The notes under the pieces: model-generated
What the model was told of the DNA's origin: nothing
Databases searched by the model: none
The model's input: only the letters and a program-made list of their open reading frames with translations
Made by a program: the position numbers and the translations under genes
NCBI GenBank assembly: GCA_000091205.1
Contig: AP006491.2
Direction: 5' to 3' (one strand)
Source of the DNA: Cyanidioschyzon merolae
Lineage: Eukaryota
Length of the DNA: 64,000 nt
Shown here: in pieces, positions 53,500-64,000 of the stretch
Layout: each line of letters begins with the position of its first letter
Position numbering within the stretch: the stretch's first letter is position 1

Positions 53500-55953
53500 G
53501 TCCAGTGAATGCAATGTATCCTGTGGATCGAAGAAAGGTCCTGGAGAGACTCTATGCTGTAACTGCTTGCTTGAGAAAAAGGCGACCGTACCCGTCCAGC
53601 GTAGCCATTCTACGCTCATCGTAGGGATTAACTGGCCTCCTCGTTCTCCGCAAGACGAGCGCCGTGCGCCCGAAACAGTACGTGTCACTCTCTATCGATA
53701 TGACGGTTTTATGGTCGATCCATTCCATACTGTCTCTAAAAGATATAATTGAAGTAGCCGCATGGTCTGAAGCTACCGTGCTGTTGATGCGTCCGGTGAC
53801 CAGGAGACAGCAACGGACCGAGAAGGAAGCACGCTTCTGCGAGAGACCTTCGCACATGAGATGCCACACACTTGACTCTGGTAGTGCGCTGCGAACGCTG
53901 GGTACAGGGCCGACGGGTGTTCGTCTCACACGCTGAGACTGCATTCGTGAGAAACGGTAGACCTGTATATACGTACTCAGAAATGAGCAGGCCGTCGTTT
54001 CTAAAGTAGAGACAAATGAGCGTTCCGAAAACATCATCTCCAGCGGCGATGCAGTCTTGTAGTCGCCTGCGAATCCCAAACCGAATAGAATCGCATAGCA
54101 CTTGAGCTTTCATCGAAACGCTTTGCGGCTCCTGCTTCCCACATGCTTCCGTCCTGTTATTAGAAAACGTCGCTTCCCATGACTCAAGAGCTATCAAATA
54201 GAGCGCTGCTGCTTCTGGCGTTCATCTGGTCTCCGTACCGGCCTCGGCTCAGTGGTTCAGTCTAGCCGAAGGCATCCTCTCGGCAGGCAAACGCCATGTT
54301 CATGATCGTAGAACAGTCGCTAAGTCGTTCGTGTCCACGATATCCCTCTTGGACAACTCGCTGCAAGCCTTCACCAGCGGGTGAGCTGCTGCTTTGCTTC
54401 TCTGTCAGTGCGCGGGAGGGAGCGGAAAGCCGCGCTTCTGTCTAGAGATACGTTCGCGCCGAAGCAACCGACGAAAACGCACTCGAAGAACCGCAGAGAC
54501 GCACAGACGTAGGAACTGCGGGGTTCGGAAACCGCGTTTAGCCGGCGCGTCCTAGTCCTGAGGGAAAACTTGGATATAGATTCCAGCGAACACATGCATC
54601 CTCCATCGCCAAGTCCAAAACGAAGACGAAGAAACCACCAGACAAAGGAGAAGAAGACCCGCCCCTAAACGCGGACGCAATTCGACAAGAAAGGAAACGT
54701 TCGGGGCGCGATGGTTAGTCTGAAGCGGTTGTCAGCGCCATCCTCCAACATAAAACACGAACGGGGAGTATCCTGCGAAAAGTGACATGCAGGAGTCCAT
54801 CAGGGGTCGCTTGACGCACCTCGTCGAGCACTTGCTCCCAGAAGTGGTGGACGCCGGGCTTCCAGCCGTCCATATTCTTCGCGAATTCTTGAGCCAATGC
54901 TTCGTGCAACTACACAGCTGTGATGCTGCTGAGAAGATACAAAACGGCATGAATTGCCAGGATTCCATGGTATCGGCAGTCAGGCATCATGAACGCTACG
55001 AGGCACACCAACAACTGGAATGATATCATCAGGACCGAACTTGACCTTCTGAAATACGTATCGAGCTGGGAGCTATGCCCTGTACGCTTCACCGAGAGCG
55101 TCCATGGTCGTCCAGCTCGCTCATTAGGACAAAACTTGGCAGAATACATGAGAGCACGCTGGTGTCGCCAACAGTTCCGATTGCGTGGAAGCAAGAAGCA
55201 TGCATTCGTCAGCCTGAAGAATGAGCTCGAGACAGAAGCAAACGACACGTCGCGTCCTTTTTATTGGTATCCTACGGCGCTGGCGTACCGTACCGTCAAC
55301 GCTGCACGCGTGCACCGTCGACCAGACCATGCAACGAGTGCAGGAATCAATTCAACGGATTCCCGTCGATGCACTCAGGACGGTACCACCGCATCATGAG
55401 CATGGATTCACGCTAATTCATGCACAAAAGAGAAATCTGAAACGGAAACGAATGCATGAGATGGTGTACGCTACGCTGATCCAACACCAGACGGCGATGC
55501 AATGGTGTATCGAAGCGTCTGGCGATGGGTTGCGTTCCACGAGCGGGGACGCGCAGGCACCTGCTGCACTCAAACTCGAACGCTTCGATCCTCATCCTGA
55601 ACGATTTCGCAATGCCTTAGCACCCAAAGGCTTTGGGTCTAGCCAACTTTCAAGATCTTGGTTTAGGATTCTCAGTAGGCATTGTGTTGCTACGCGGAAG
55701 ACTGGTGATGAAAAGAATACTGGGGCCAGGAAACAGGGTATTCGACGCTCGCCTGGATCCGGGTACTGGTGTGTGGTAGCGCTCAGCCAGCGCGAAACAC
55801 CGCAGCGGCATACGTACATCGACACGGGAAACAATTTTCCTGGGCAATCGATGAACGACCATGATGTTCCATGAGTCCACGGTACCGAGTATACCACGCT
55901 TCGACCTGGTCAACGCATCTCTCTGCCCTGGAAAGCATTCCCATGGAATACGA

Positions 55954-58641
55954 TCATTGCAGCGTTGACGGGACCGGCGAGCGGCTGAGCGCACGTGCCA
56001 CATACCCAACCCGGTCGGCAATAATCCCATCGACCTGCCATTCTATGAGCTGCATCGCACAGTCGGGTACCGTGTTCGACCGGCCATAGCACATGACCAG
56101 GAGTCGGTACTTGTGATGCGCTAGCCGAATCAAGGAAGGTCCCGCTGCCAGGAGGATCTCGTTGAAGAATACCACGCCGCTGAGGCGTGCCTGCGAGGCG
56201 AACTCGAGCGCGCGCTCAGCTCGCAACCGGCGGGGGTCACTGTATACGACGTCGCCGTCACGGTCCTCAGAACAGAGGAAAAAAACGCGACAAACGTTTT
56301 GCTTGCGACGCAGCAGCAAACAGACTTCAGGATCGAATGAAAGGAACGAAAGGCGAGAACCAAGGCGAGCTGAGGCGTCTGCACCCCCGCGACGTACGGG
56401 CGCGAAAGCGACGCTGAAGACGGTGTCTAGTACGCGGTCTACGAGGTAGTTGCGCTCGGGGGCCGGCACCTGCTCTCGACCTGAACCCTCGGGAAGTGGA
56501 TATTTGATCTCCACAAGCAGGTGGACAAACGCTGGCACCTTTCGCAGCACGTGCTCTAAGGTCGGCATAGAGTCGCGGATTACCGACTGGTGTTGTCGAC
56601 AGTGGACACAGAGGTGGTATCCGCTGCGCGTTGGCTTCGCTTTTTCGGGTGCAGCGCTTGCCTCAGCGGCGCTGCTTCCATCGAATTGGCTCGAGACTTT
56701 TGACGACTTGTTCGACTCGCTGGGTAGTGTAACGAGCGACGCTGCCACGGACGCACCTCTCGACGGATCGCACCCGAACTCGCTAGTGTTCAGTGCCCAG
56801 GGCGCCGAACTGTGATCCATATGCCTGTTCAGGGCTTGGAAGCGCTCGGTTGGAGACGCCCGCTGCGCGTGGACGAAGGTGGTGACACCCTGATCCCGGT
56901 CGGTTTCAAGTGAGCTTGGGAAATCCAAATCTTTTCGTCGCAGCAGCAACGCCGATGCTCGCTTCCATTCCTCGAGATCCATGGTGAAGATGGGGCGCGC
57001 TACACAACAGCGACTTGGTCTGGCGTTCTGCGGACAGCGAGGGCGATGTTGCGGCCTGGGCACGCCGTATCCGCGTATGAAGCAAGCTGCGGAGGAAGGA
57101 GATTTCTCGCTGTCCTCGTCGTCGTCGTCGTCGTCGTCGTCGTCATCGTGGTCGATGTTGTCGTCCAGAGCATTGGATAGATAGGGCAGCTGCTGCCCGC
57201 CCCAGTCTTGGGAGATTTCCGGGCCGCTTGGGCAAGGATATACGCTGACCGAAGAGGCACGCTGCGGAAACAGGCCCACCTGCAGAGGCTCAGACTTTGG
57301 CTCCCAAAAATTTGGCGCTGCTGACCAGTCCGCTTCGAAGCCGGACGGTCCAAAAATATCGGGTGGCGGAATCGATGCTGAAGCGCTAACCATATCTGGT
57401 GGCGCTCTCTGAGAGCTAACCAAGCGGCCAGAGGAGGCGGTGACGCTTGTGCTACCGAGCCTGCGCTGCGGGTGCGGTAGCCTCAGGACTGCATCGTGGT
57501 GCACCACCGGTACTCCGTCTCGAGTGAGCTGAACATCGAGCTCGACCGCCCGAACATTCTTGCCTCGGATAGCCGCAAGAAAGCTGAGCAACGTATTCTC
57601 CTGCAACAACGACGTTGTCTGTTCGCCGTCTCCCCGATGACCGATGAGCGGCGTGCAGAGCAGCATCGATTCTTCCGCGGCAGCAGCGACGGGAAACGGA
57701 GCTTCCTCTGCAGAGTCTCCACTGAGCGTCGGGTCCGTTGCAGCGAAATGCGCCAGAATGAACCTGGGCGGCTTACTCCCGGGTCCACGAGTTTGTTCGA
57801 GGGCAGCGTTGAACGCAGCGCGGCTGTGCTGTCCCTGATACGGCTCGATCAACATGTACGAAAAGACAAATTCACCAACAACACGACCAAGAGCGGTCAC
57901 AATTGGCCTTTTCATGCGGAAACCGAAGCGATTCCCGTCTGCTGCGCGATGATCATCTCTGAGGAGGAGCTCCGACCCGAGCACCGCCGCTCGACCAAGA
58001 TACATGCGTTCGCTAACATCCGATCCCGGCTGCAGTGCGAAGAAAGCCACGACAAAATCGAAAGCATGAGGTGTGCCCTGAAACGCCACTGTACCCGACG
58101 GCGTTTGGTGTTGGCCCTCTTGAGGCAGACCAGCGCCCCGACGCGCCTGCAGCTCGGCGAACTCTGCAGTTATGGACTCGGCGTATGGCTGCGCAGGCTC
58201 CCCAAGCGGTGCATGCAGCCGCACTCGCCACTTGTTCGCGCCAAACGAAGTCATGGAGACGCGTTCAGCAAAACTTTCGAGGCTGACTAGCTCGGCGTCG
58301 CTGATAACAAAGTCGAGCTCAAGGTCGGCGCCAACTACGGACCAGCCACAGCCAGCACGAAAGCGCACACTTGACGCCACACACGGAGCTGCTGGGGCAC
58401 CGAGTGTCACGCGCAAAGAGCGCACACACTGCACGCCGGCGTCGTCTACCCACAGAGTGCCGGTCACCGGAGACCGTCTCCCTTCCATATGCGGTGTAAA
58501 CCAGTCGCCCGGCCTCGAAGCGGTGCCCATGAGCACGGAACCCACACGGTGCTCGTGCCCCGACTCCATTGTAAGTGAAGTGCAACTCTCCAACTGCTCT
58601 TCCTGAATCGTTCCAAGAAGTATACGGTTTGTTCGAGCCAT
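55954..58641 (-). CDS. Protein with a glycerophosphodiester phosphodiesterase (GDPD) domain, a long N-terminal extension and a poly-Asp tract
   Basis: GDPD core LIGHRGDGEQ..ENTLLSFLAAIRGKNVRAVELDVQLTRDGVPVVHHD. An internal acidic run DDDDDDDDDDDE (the (tcg)n tract at about 57117-57150). The first ATG is at 58641. The track start at 58731 would read through the (CA)n microsatellite. Confidence 0.8.
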   Translation of the reverse strand: MARTNRILLGTIQEEQLESCTSLTMESGHEHRVGSVLMGTASRPGDWFTPHMEGRRSPVTGTLWVDDAGVQCVRSLRVTLGAPAAPCVASSVRFRAGCGWSVVGADLELDFVISDAELVSLESFAERVSMTSFGANKWRVRLHAPLGEPAQPYAESITAEFAELQARRGAGLPQEGQHQTPSGTVAFQGTPHAFDFVVAFFALQPGSDVSERMYLGRAAVLGSELLLRDDHRAADGNRFGFRMKRPIVTALGRVVGEFVFSYMLIEPYQGQHSRAAFNAALEQTRGPGSKPPRFILAHFAATDPTLSGDSAEEAPFPVAAAAEESMLLCTPLIGHRGDGEQTTSLLQENTLLSFLAAIRGKNVRAVELDVQLTRDGVPVVHHDAVLRLPHPQRRLGSTSVTASSGRLVSSQRAPPDMVSASASIPPPDIFGPSGFEADWSAAPNFWEPKSEPLQVGLFPQRASSVSVYPCPSGPEISQDWGGQQLPYLSNALDDNIDHDDDDDDDDDDEDSEKSPSSAACFIRGYGVPRPQHRPRCPQNARPSRCCVARPIFTMDLEEWKRASALLLRRKDLDFPSSLETDRDQGVTTFVHAQRASPTERFQALNRHMDHSSAPWALNTSEFGCDPSRGASVAASLVTLPSESNKSSKVSSQFDGSSAAEASAAPEKAKPTRSGYHLCVHCRQHQSVIRDSMPTLEHVLRKVPAFVHLLVEIKYPLPEGSGREQVPAPERNYLVDRVLDTVFSVAFAPVRRGGADASARLGSRLSFLSFDPEVCLLLRRKQNVCRVFFLCSEDRDGDVVYSDPRRLRAERALEFASQARLSGVVFFNEILLAAGPSLIRLAHHKYRLLVMCYGRSNTVPDCAMQLIEWQVDGIIADRVGYVARALSRSPVPSTLQ

Positions 58642-58675
58642 GAATATCGTTAATGATTCGAACGCCAGCAATAAC

Positions 58676-58694
58676 CACACACACACACACACAT
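58676..58694. repeat. (CA)n microsatellite in the 5' leader of the GDPD gene
   Basis: cacacacacacacacacat, read directly from the sequence. Confidence 0.8.
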
Positions 58695-58789
58695 AGACAC
58701 CGTATTTTTCGGATAAGCGAATCTGGCGCATACCGATGCAATCGGATCAGGCGCCAGCATCGCAGCATCGATGCGGCTTCGTATCCGGG

Positions 58790-59170
58790 ATGCGCGTAGC
58801 CGCTGCGATTCCGCGATGATGGACTAGATGGATGACGGGATCGAGCGATGATGGACTAGATGGATGATGGGATTCTGCGATGCTTTATTAGACGGATCAT
58901 GGGATCGAGCGATGCTTTATTAGACGGATCATGGGATCGAGCGATGCTTGACTAGATGGACGATGGGATTCAGCGATGATGGACTAGATGGATGATGGGA
59001 TCGAGCGATGCTTTATTAGACGGATCATGGGATCGAGCGATGATTGACTAGATAGATGCTGCGATTCAGCGATGATGGACTAGACGGATGATGCGATTCC
59101 GCGATGATGGACTAGATGGATGATGGGATTCATCGATGCTTGACTAGATAGATGATGGGATTCCGCGATC
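58790..59170. repeat. Minisatellite, about 30-31-bp unit x about 12 (gcgatgatggactagatggatgatgggatYS variants)
   Basis: Head-to-tail units with variants (gatgctttattagacggatcatgggatcgagc / gatgatggactagatggatgatgggattc). It lies between the GDPD 5' end and the 3' end of the EFL1-like gene. Confidence 0.8.
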
Positions 59171-59955
59171 GAGGTACGCGCACACCCGGTGATTGGCAGT
59201 TAGCGTCACAGTACCTGGGATGCCGCCGCTGGCCCTCTCGGGTGGTTCTGCTAAACGCCCTTTGGTGCAGTACACGCTCTAGCGGGGTTTCCATAAAGCC
59301 CCGAGTCGCGACCCTCAATCCACGACACGCACGCTGCAGTGCACTCCCTGGTGTTGCTTCGTCTGGCGATGAAGCACACGCGCACACGTGTCGGGCACGC
59401 GGGCGTGCATGCGCGGCATCGAGCACAGCGTCGGACACGTTGCCAGCCGCGATGCACCTCATTGGCGTATCGATAGGAAAGCGCGTTCGTGTGGAGTACA
59501 GGGAGCACATCGCTCCATGCAAGGTGTCAGGCGATAACTGCATGAAAACCGACAAACAAATCAGGCGGAAAAACACGCAAGAGATTTAACATGCAAGTGA
59601 CTAACGTGCGCCGGGTGTCCACTTGTTGCCCGCGGCCTCATCTCGTGACAAGATAATGTGCATCGCGCTACGGTACGCAGCGGTCTGTATGCACAGGTAT
59701 CAGGAAACGATGCACGAACGAGTGTGTGCATCGTCTCTGGTGTCTAATGCTGCTCGAGAGCGCTCATCGGTTCGTTGCCACGCAGCGGCGTGCTGGTCCC
59801 TGTCTCTGCGTGGACACCTTTGGAAACCCTGAACGTATCGGGATATGCATTCATATGCGCTGAGAGGCGAACAGGCTTGCCTGTAGAAGCTGGATTCGAC
59901 GTCCAACACCGGATGGTTGCAGCGGCAACGACAGCGGCGTCTGCATCGCCGGTTC

Positions 59956-62900
59956 CTACTTTTTACGAGCGAGCGTTCGTTGCTTCTCGGCACGCTCGAC
60001 GAGTTTATAGGCAACCAGCCGGCCTTTGCGTGCTCGGACTTGCTCCATCAAGTTACGCGCCAAGTTATTCATGGACGCGGTGGTGTCCTCCACGCCCAGT
60101 AATTCGATATCCTCGGCGGTGGCCGGGTACCAGAAGGGATCCTCTTCGATCACCTTCCAGTCGCCGACGAAGCGCAGCTCGACATCACTGGCGACGCCGC
60201 TACTCGCCCGGCGTATCTTCTCTGCAAGACCGAAAATCGCAGATGCAGGGACTAGTGCGCGAATGAAGAACGTGGAAGTAACCTGATACTCTTTGATTTG
60301 TTCGCTGAGCACTTGGGCGCGGGCTGCTCGCAACACAGTGTGAACCCGACCGAGAGCATTGGACGAGCACTGCACCTCTGTCTGGAAGAGCGGCTCGACA
60401 AGTCGCGGGTTCGCAGCCAAAAGCGCCTGGCGAAGCGCCTCTGTCAGAAGCGAGATCAGGCTGGTAGCGTCCCTGGTGGAGGAGGCGCTCAATGAACCGG
60501 CCCGCGTCGCTGAGTCCGATGTCTCTTGACATTCGTCTGCAACATGCACCACGAAGCAGACGCCCTGGAGAGGCTCCTCCACAAGGGGACCGGCAGCACA
60601 AACCACCTGGAACGCCGAAACCAGCGCCCGATACACTGTGGTCGGCAACGATCCCTCTGCGGCTGCCGTGGTGCTCGGGAGCGGCTGGCCCCAGACCTGC
60701 CGAAAAACGTCGCGAATTCTATCCCAGTGACGCATTTCAGAGCGACTTGCAGCTCCTGCGGCGTGTTCTGCTTCCGTGTTGGCTTCAGGAGCATCGCTTT
60801 CAAGGTCTTGGGGCCGCTCATGATGCGTGTGGTACCCGGCAGTCGCTGCCGTTGCCGCTGCCGCTGTCGCCGGTACCACCAACACGTTCGAACCGCAGTC
60901 GTGCGGACCCAGCGCTGCAGCCTGCTCCACCAGCATACGGAATAACGTCGCAAGGCGACGCTGAGCGGTACCGTCCGTTATGCTGCATTCATGCGGTGAG
61001 CATTCGGCTCCCTGCTCGACTAGCGCTGACGGTGCTGGACGCTGATCCGCGGAACCCGCATCTTCCATAACGGCCCGGTGGAGGCGCACGAGCAACTCCG
61101 CTTGGAGCCGTGGCGCAGTGGCAGGTCGCTGGGAGGCAACCCCACGCTTCGGTTGGAGAAAGAGTGAGCGCAGCGCGCCTCGACTCGAGGATTCCCATGC
61201 TTGCACGAACGTTCTCGGCAGTGGAGCTGCATAGATGTATAGCGTGATATTGTGGGACGGCAACGGCACCGGCACGATGCCGCCACCGAGGAGCACGCGA
61301 TGCTGCTCTTCGCGGTATCCGCTCCATGAGGCCCACTTTTCCAGCGCCGCAGCGCCGCTGAACGTTGACGAAGCGTCCGCCATTGAACCGAGTGCTGCAC
61401 GCTCGTGAACACTCGTCTGTTCGAAGCGTTCCGCCAGCGACTCGAGTACAGAATCGGTGTTTTCCGTCGCAGTGCTCGACTGGCCTGCACCATGCACAGC
61501 GGCGCCACTGAGGCCACCGACACCAGCCGATCGCGTGAGCAGGACGACCCAGGGGTTTGCGGGACTCGTCGACACTCCACCAGCAACCGTTTCCCGTACT
61601 GCCGTCATCGGTGCAGAGCATTTGACCGGCACACCCGCGAAACGTTCTTCGAGGTCGCACAGGCAGCGCTGGAGGTGCAGTTCTCCGCTGACACCGAGCA
61701 CCATTTCGCCTGACCCTGAGATGAACGTCTCCACCGCTGGGTCCGCCTGATTGAGGAGACGCAGGCCCCGACGAAGTCGTGGCAGATCAGAGAGCTGCGC
61801 TGCCGGCTCCACAGCGAAAAAAACCACCGGACTCGTCTGTCCGTGGCGCAAGAGGTTCGCACACGGCAGACAACGCCCCGGCGGAAGTGTCGAAATCGTT
61901 GCCGACTTGAGAATCACCTCCCCGACACCATACAGTGCAACCACTGCACCAGGTACGAGCCGTTGTCGAACTGATGTCTCCGTCTCCATCCGGTCTCTGA
62001 GCGAGGCGACGTCTCGTCCATGCAGCAGAAAGGCTTCCAGACGCGCATCTGGAAGCCGCACACAGAAAGGTTCCGTGTGTGTCTCTGCATCTTCGGCGTT
62101 ATACCGAGGTCCGTACACGAACAGTTCACCAAACCGCGAGGAAACCTCCACTGCACCGCAGAGAATACGGCCCAGTGCGAGCTGGACCTGCTGGTCTCGT
62201 TCGAAACGCTGCTGGGGCTCCCAGCACTCGTCCTCCTCCTCCTGGGTGTCGGAACCCGCCGGAGGGCGCCTAGCCGGGCGTGCCGCCACGCCGAGTGCCG
62301 CAAGCGCAGCGCCCTCGACACCCATCACTTTGCTCACATAAATCATTACCGGGGCTTCGTCGGAGATGTCGCCCTCGCTGATCGCCCTGGCCAGTACCTG
62401 GGCCAAGGGATGCTGCGTAGCATCATGAGGCCACAGATTTCCCAGCCGCTGCCGGTTTGCGATCACGGCAGCGGGTACCAGGTCCACCACAGCGTCCAGC
62501 ACGGTCTGACTCAACGGCAACCAGCGAGAGAGCATACTCTGCAGCGCATAGCGCCCATCGCGATGAAAGAGGTCGCGCTCTGGAACGGCAATGCCGAGTC
62601 GCTCGACCAAACGTTGCCGCTCGGAGCGGTCGACCTGCTCATCATTGGCACTCTTGACCAATCGTTGATAGAGGTAAGCGATTGGTTCAAGGACAAACTG
62701 CGCAAAAAGACTCCGTGGTGGGCGTCCGCTCGCTGTCAGACTTTCCCGGATCCGCTGGACCCGTTTCTGCTTAGCATCAATGTAAAAGTCACCCCAGAGG
62801 GTGCGATCGAGCACCTCCTGGCGAATCCCAAAGCGCTGCGCCACGAACTGGACCATATCCGCGAGCCGAAACGCCCATCCGTCCAAGGCAGATGCGAACA

Positions 62901-63756
62901 CCACGTTGCCAGCTGCTGGTTCGAAGAGGGTTTCCTCCTCGTGGACTTCCGCCTGATCCGTTGGCATTGATGGGTGTATTTCGACCGCAGGCACTGCTCG
63001 CGCCGTCACCTGAGCACTGGTACAGGTCGTCTCTTGATCGGGGGCGCACGCCCAAAGCGAGGCCTGCTCTTCCAGGCGCAGCCGCTGCTCTGCGATATGG
63101 GCGCCAAGCACAGCATTGGCATCCTCGAGAACACGTCGCAGGTGCAGGTATGCTTCGGTGGCATCCAGTTGCAGTTCCAGGAACAGTCGATCGATCTTGT
63201 TCAACACCAGAATCGGCTGGAGTCCCTCGCTCAATGCCTGCCGGAGAACTGTGCGTGTTTGGCTGCAGACTCCCTCAACGACATCAACGACGATGAGCGA
63301 GCCGTCACTGAGCCTTGCAGCTGCCGATACCTCAGCTGCGAAATCCACATGACCCGGCGAGTCCAGCAACGTTACGACGTATTCGTCTGCGGCTTTCGTG
63401 TTGGCTTCGCGACCACCATAGCGATGATAGAGCGTGACGCCTGCCGACTTCATGGTGATGCCTCGATTCTGCTCATCGTCGCGAAAGTCCAGATATCGCG
63501 CTTTGCCTACGAGTCGCTGAGAGAGAAAACCGTTCGACATGAGCAGGGAGTCCGTCAGCGTGGTCTTTCCATGGTCTATATGACCAGTCACGCAGATGTT
63601 ACGCAGTCGAAGTGGAGCCTCCGTCAAAATTCGGCGAATGCGGTGGAGCCTCTCGAGCTCTCCGCCGGCCGGTGAGCGGCTTGGCTGACGGAAACGTCGC
63701 CCCGGCGGGTGCACTGTGGAGGTTTCCGGAATGCGTTCTTCCGCGGGTAACAACAT
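59956..63756 (-). CDS. EFL1: Elongation-factor-2-like GTPase of the EFL1/Ria1 type (ribosome assembly GTPase) with large internal insertions
   Basis: G1 NICVTGHIDHGKTTLTDSLL. G3 LLDSPGHVDFAAEV. G4 LVLNKIDRL (NKID as in EFL1, rather than the NKMD of EF-2). EF-2-like domains II-V are recognisable downstream. 1266 codons is longer than a typical EFL1. ATG start at 63756. Confidence 0.85.
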   Translation of the reverse strand: MLLPAEERIPETSTVHPPGRRFRQPSRSPAGGELERLHRIRRILTEAPLRLRNICVTGHIDHGKTTLTDSLLMSNGFLSQRLVGKARYLDFRDDEQNRGITMKSAGVTLYHRYGGREANTKAADEYVVTLLDSPGHVDFAAEVSAAARLSDGSLIVVDVVEGVCSQTRTVLRQALSEGLQPILVLNKIDRLFLELQLDATEAYLHLRRVLEDANAVLGAHIAEQRLRLEEQASLWACAPDQETTCTSAQVTARAVPAVEIHPSMPTDQAEVHEEETLFEPAAGNVVFASALDGWAFRLADMVQFVAQRFGIRQEVLDRTLWGDFYIDAKQKRVQRIRESLTASGRPPRSLFAQFVLEPIAYLYQRLVKSANDEQVDRSERQRLVERLGIAVPERDLFHRDGRYALQSMLSRWLPLSQTVLDAVVDLVPAAVIANRQRLGNLWPHDATQHPLAQVLARAISEGDISDEAPVMIYVSKVMGVEGAALAALGVAARPARRPPAGSDTQEEEDECWEPQQRFERDQQVQLALGRILCGAVEVSSRFGELFVYGPRYNAEDAETHTEPFCVRLPDARLEAFLLHGRDVASLRDRMETETSVRQRLVPGAVVALYGVGEVILKSATISTLPPGRCLPCANLLRHGQTSPVVFFAVEPAAQLSDLPRLRRGLRLLNQADPAVETFISGSGEMVLGVSGELHLQRCLCDLEERFAGVPVKCSAPMTAVRETVAGGVSTSPANPWVVLLTRSAGVGGLSGAAVHGAGQSSTATENTDSVLESLAERFEQTSVHERAALGSMADASSTFSGAAALEKWASWSGYREEQHRVLLGGGIVPVPLPSHNITLYIYAAPLPRTFVQAWESSSRGALRSLFLQPKRGVASQRPATAPRLQAELLVRLHRAVMEDAGSADQRPAPSALVEQGAECSPHECSITDGTAQRRLATLFRMLVEQAAALGPHDCGSNVLVVPATAAAATAATAGYHTHHERPQDLESDAPEANTEAEHAAGAASRSEMRHWDRIRDVFRQVWGQPLPSTTAAAEGSLPTTVYRALVSAFQVVCAAGPLVEEPLQGVCFVVHVADECQETSDSATRAGSLSASSTRDATSLISLLTEALRQALLAANPRLVEPLFQTEVQCSSNALGRVHTVLRAARAQVLSEQIKEYQVTSTFFIRALVPASAIFGLAEKIRRASSGVASDVELRFVGDWKVIEEDPFWYPATAEDIELLGVEDTTASMNNLARNLMEQVRARKGRLVAYKLVERAEKQRTLARKK

Positions 63757-64000
63757 CGCTCGGTTGAGCGTTTTAATCGCCTAGAGAAAGGAGCCCGGTG
63801 GTGCAAGAGCCTTGTTTGCTCGGTAGTTCGTCGAACAAGATGACAGGCTCGCGCCGCCACCTCTCGTACAAGTTGCCAGTATACTCAAGACCAGCACTGG
63901 CTTTGTGTTCATGGCCCTGAAGCCTTTCAGGGGCGGCTGCTCGTTTCGATACAACTTATGTATTTACGCGGTGAACGAGATACCTAGAAACGACTTGCGC

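Noticed and set aside
61751-63675. Several 200-300-codon plus-strand ORFs (61751..62341, 62020..62970, 62974..63675) antisense to the EFL1-like gene
   Set aside because: The G1, G3 and G4 motifs lie unambiguously on the minus strand. The plus-strand ORFs are the long antisense frames that are common in GC-rich DNA.

Overview
The window reads as eukaryotic nuclear DNA: about 57% GC, genes on both strands, almost no introns, and all three stop codons in use. I could not determine the organism.

Twelve protein-coding genes are recognisable from textbook motifs:
- two ABCG-type half transporters
- a RUS/DUF647 family protein
- ribulose-phosphate 3-epimerase
- phosphoserine phosphatase (ACT domain plus SerB)
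- serine hydroxymethyltransferase
- a CDC14-type dual-specificity phosphatase
- methionyl-tRNA synthetase
- the NDUFS7/PSST complex-I subunit
- a glycerophosphodiester-phosphodiesterase-domain protein
- an EFL1/Ria1-like GTPase
- a few hypothetical ORFs

The spaces between these genes are dense with dispersed repeats, and the most notable is a multi-copy family encoding a TnpB/Fanzor-like RuvC nuclease. It carries a DPG-type RuvC-I motif, a 'YTSQ-like' IDEFQTSYT motif, and a D-x-NAVINL RuvC-III motif. One copy at 20.85-24.13 kb is nearly full length; it has a 25-aa tandem repeat inserted before RuvC-I and only two in-frame stop codons. A second copy at 43.97-45.94 kb is internally deleted, and there are two fragments at 32.97-33.76 kb and 10.76-11.14 kb.

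Three other non-coding repeat families, called R2, R3 and R4 here, lie beside these copies in a pattern that suggests an older composite element. R4 contains a conserved hairpin.

Other observations:
- a tRNA-Thr(UGU) that is canonical only if a 31-nt insertion in the T-stem is removed
- a likely 37-nt intron directly after the ATG-G of the epimerase gene
- a 57-nt intergenic motif present twice
- a fragment of a non-LTR reverse transcriptase
- several micro- and minisatellites

The ORF track calls GTG and TTG as starts, so I re-checked gene start codons against the sequence and moved several of them. All coordinates of repeats are approximate, taken by eye.
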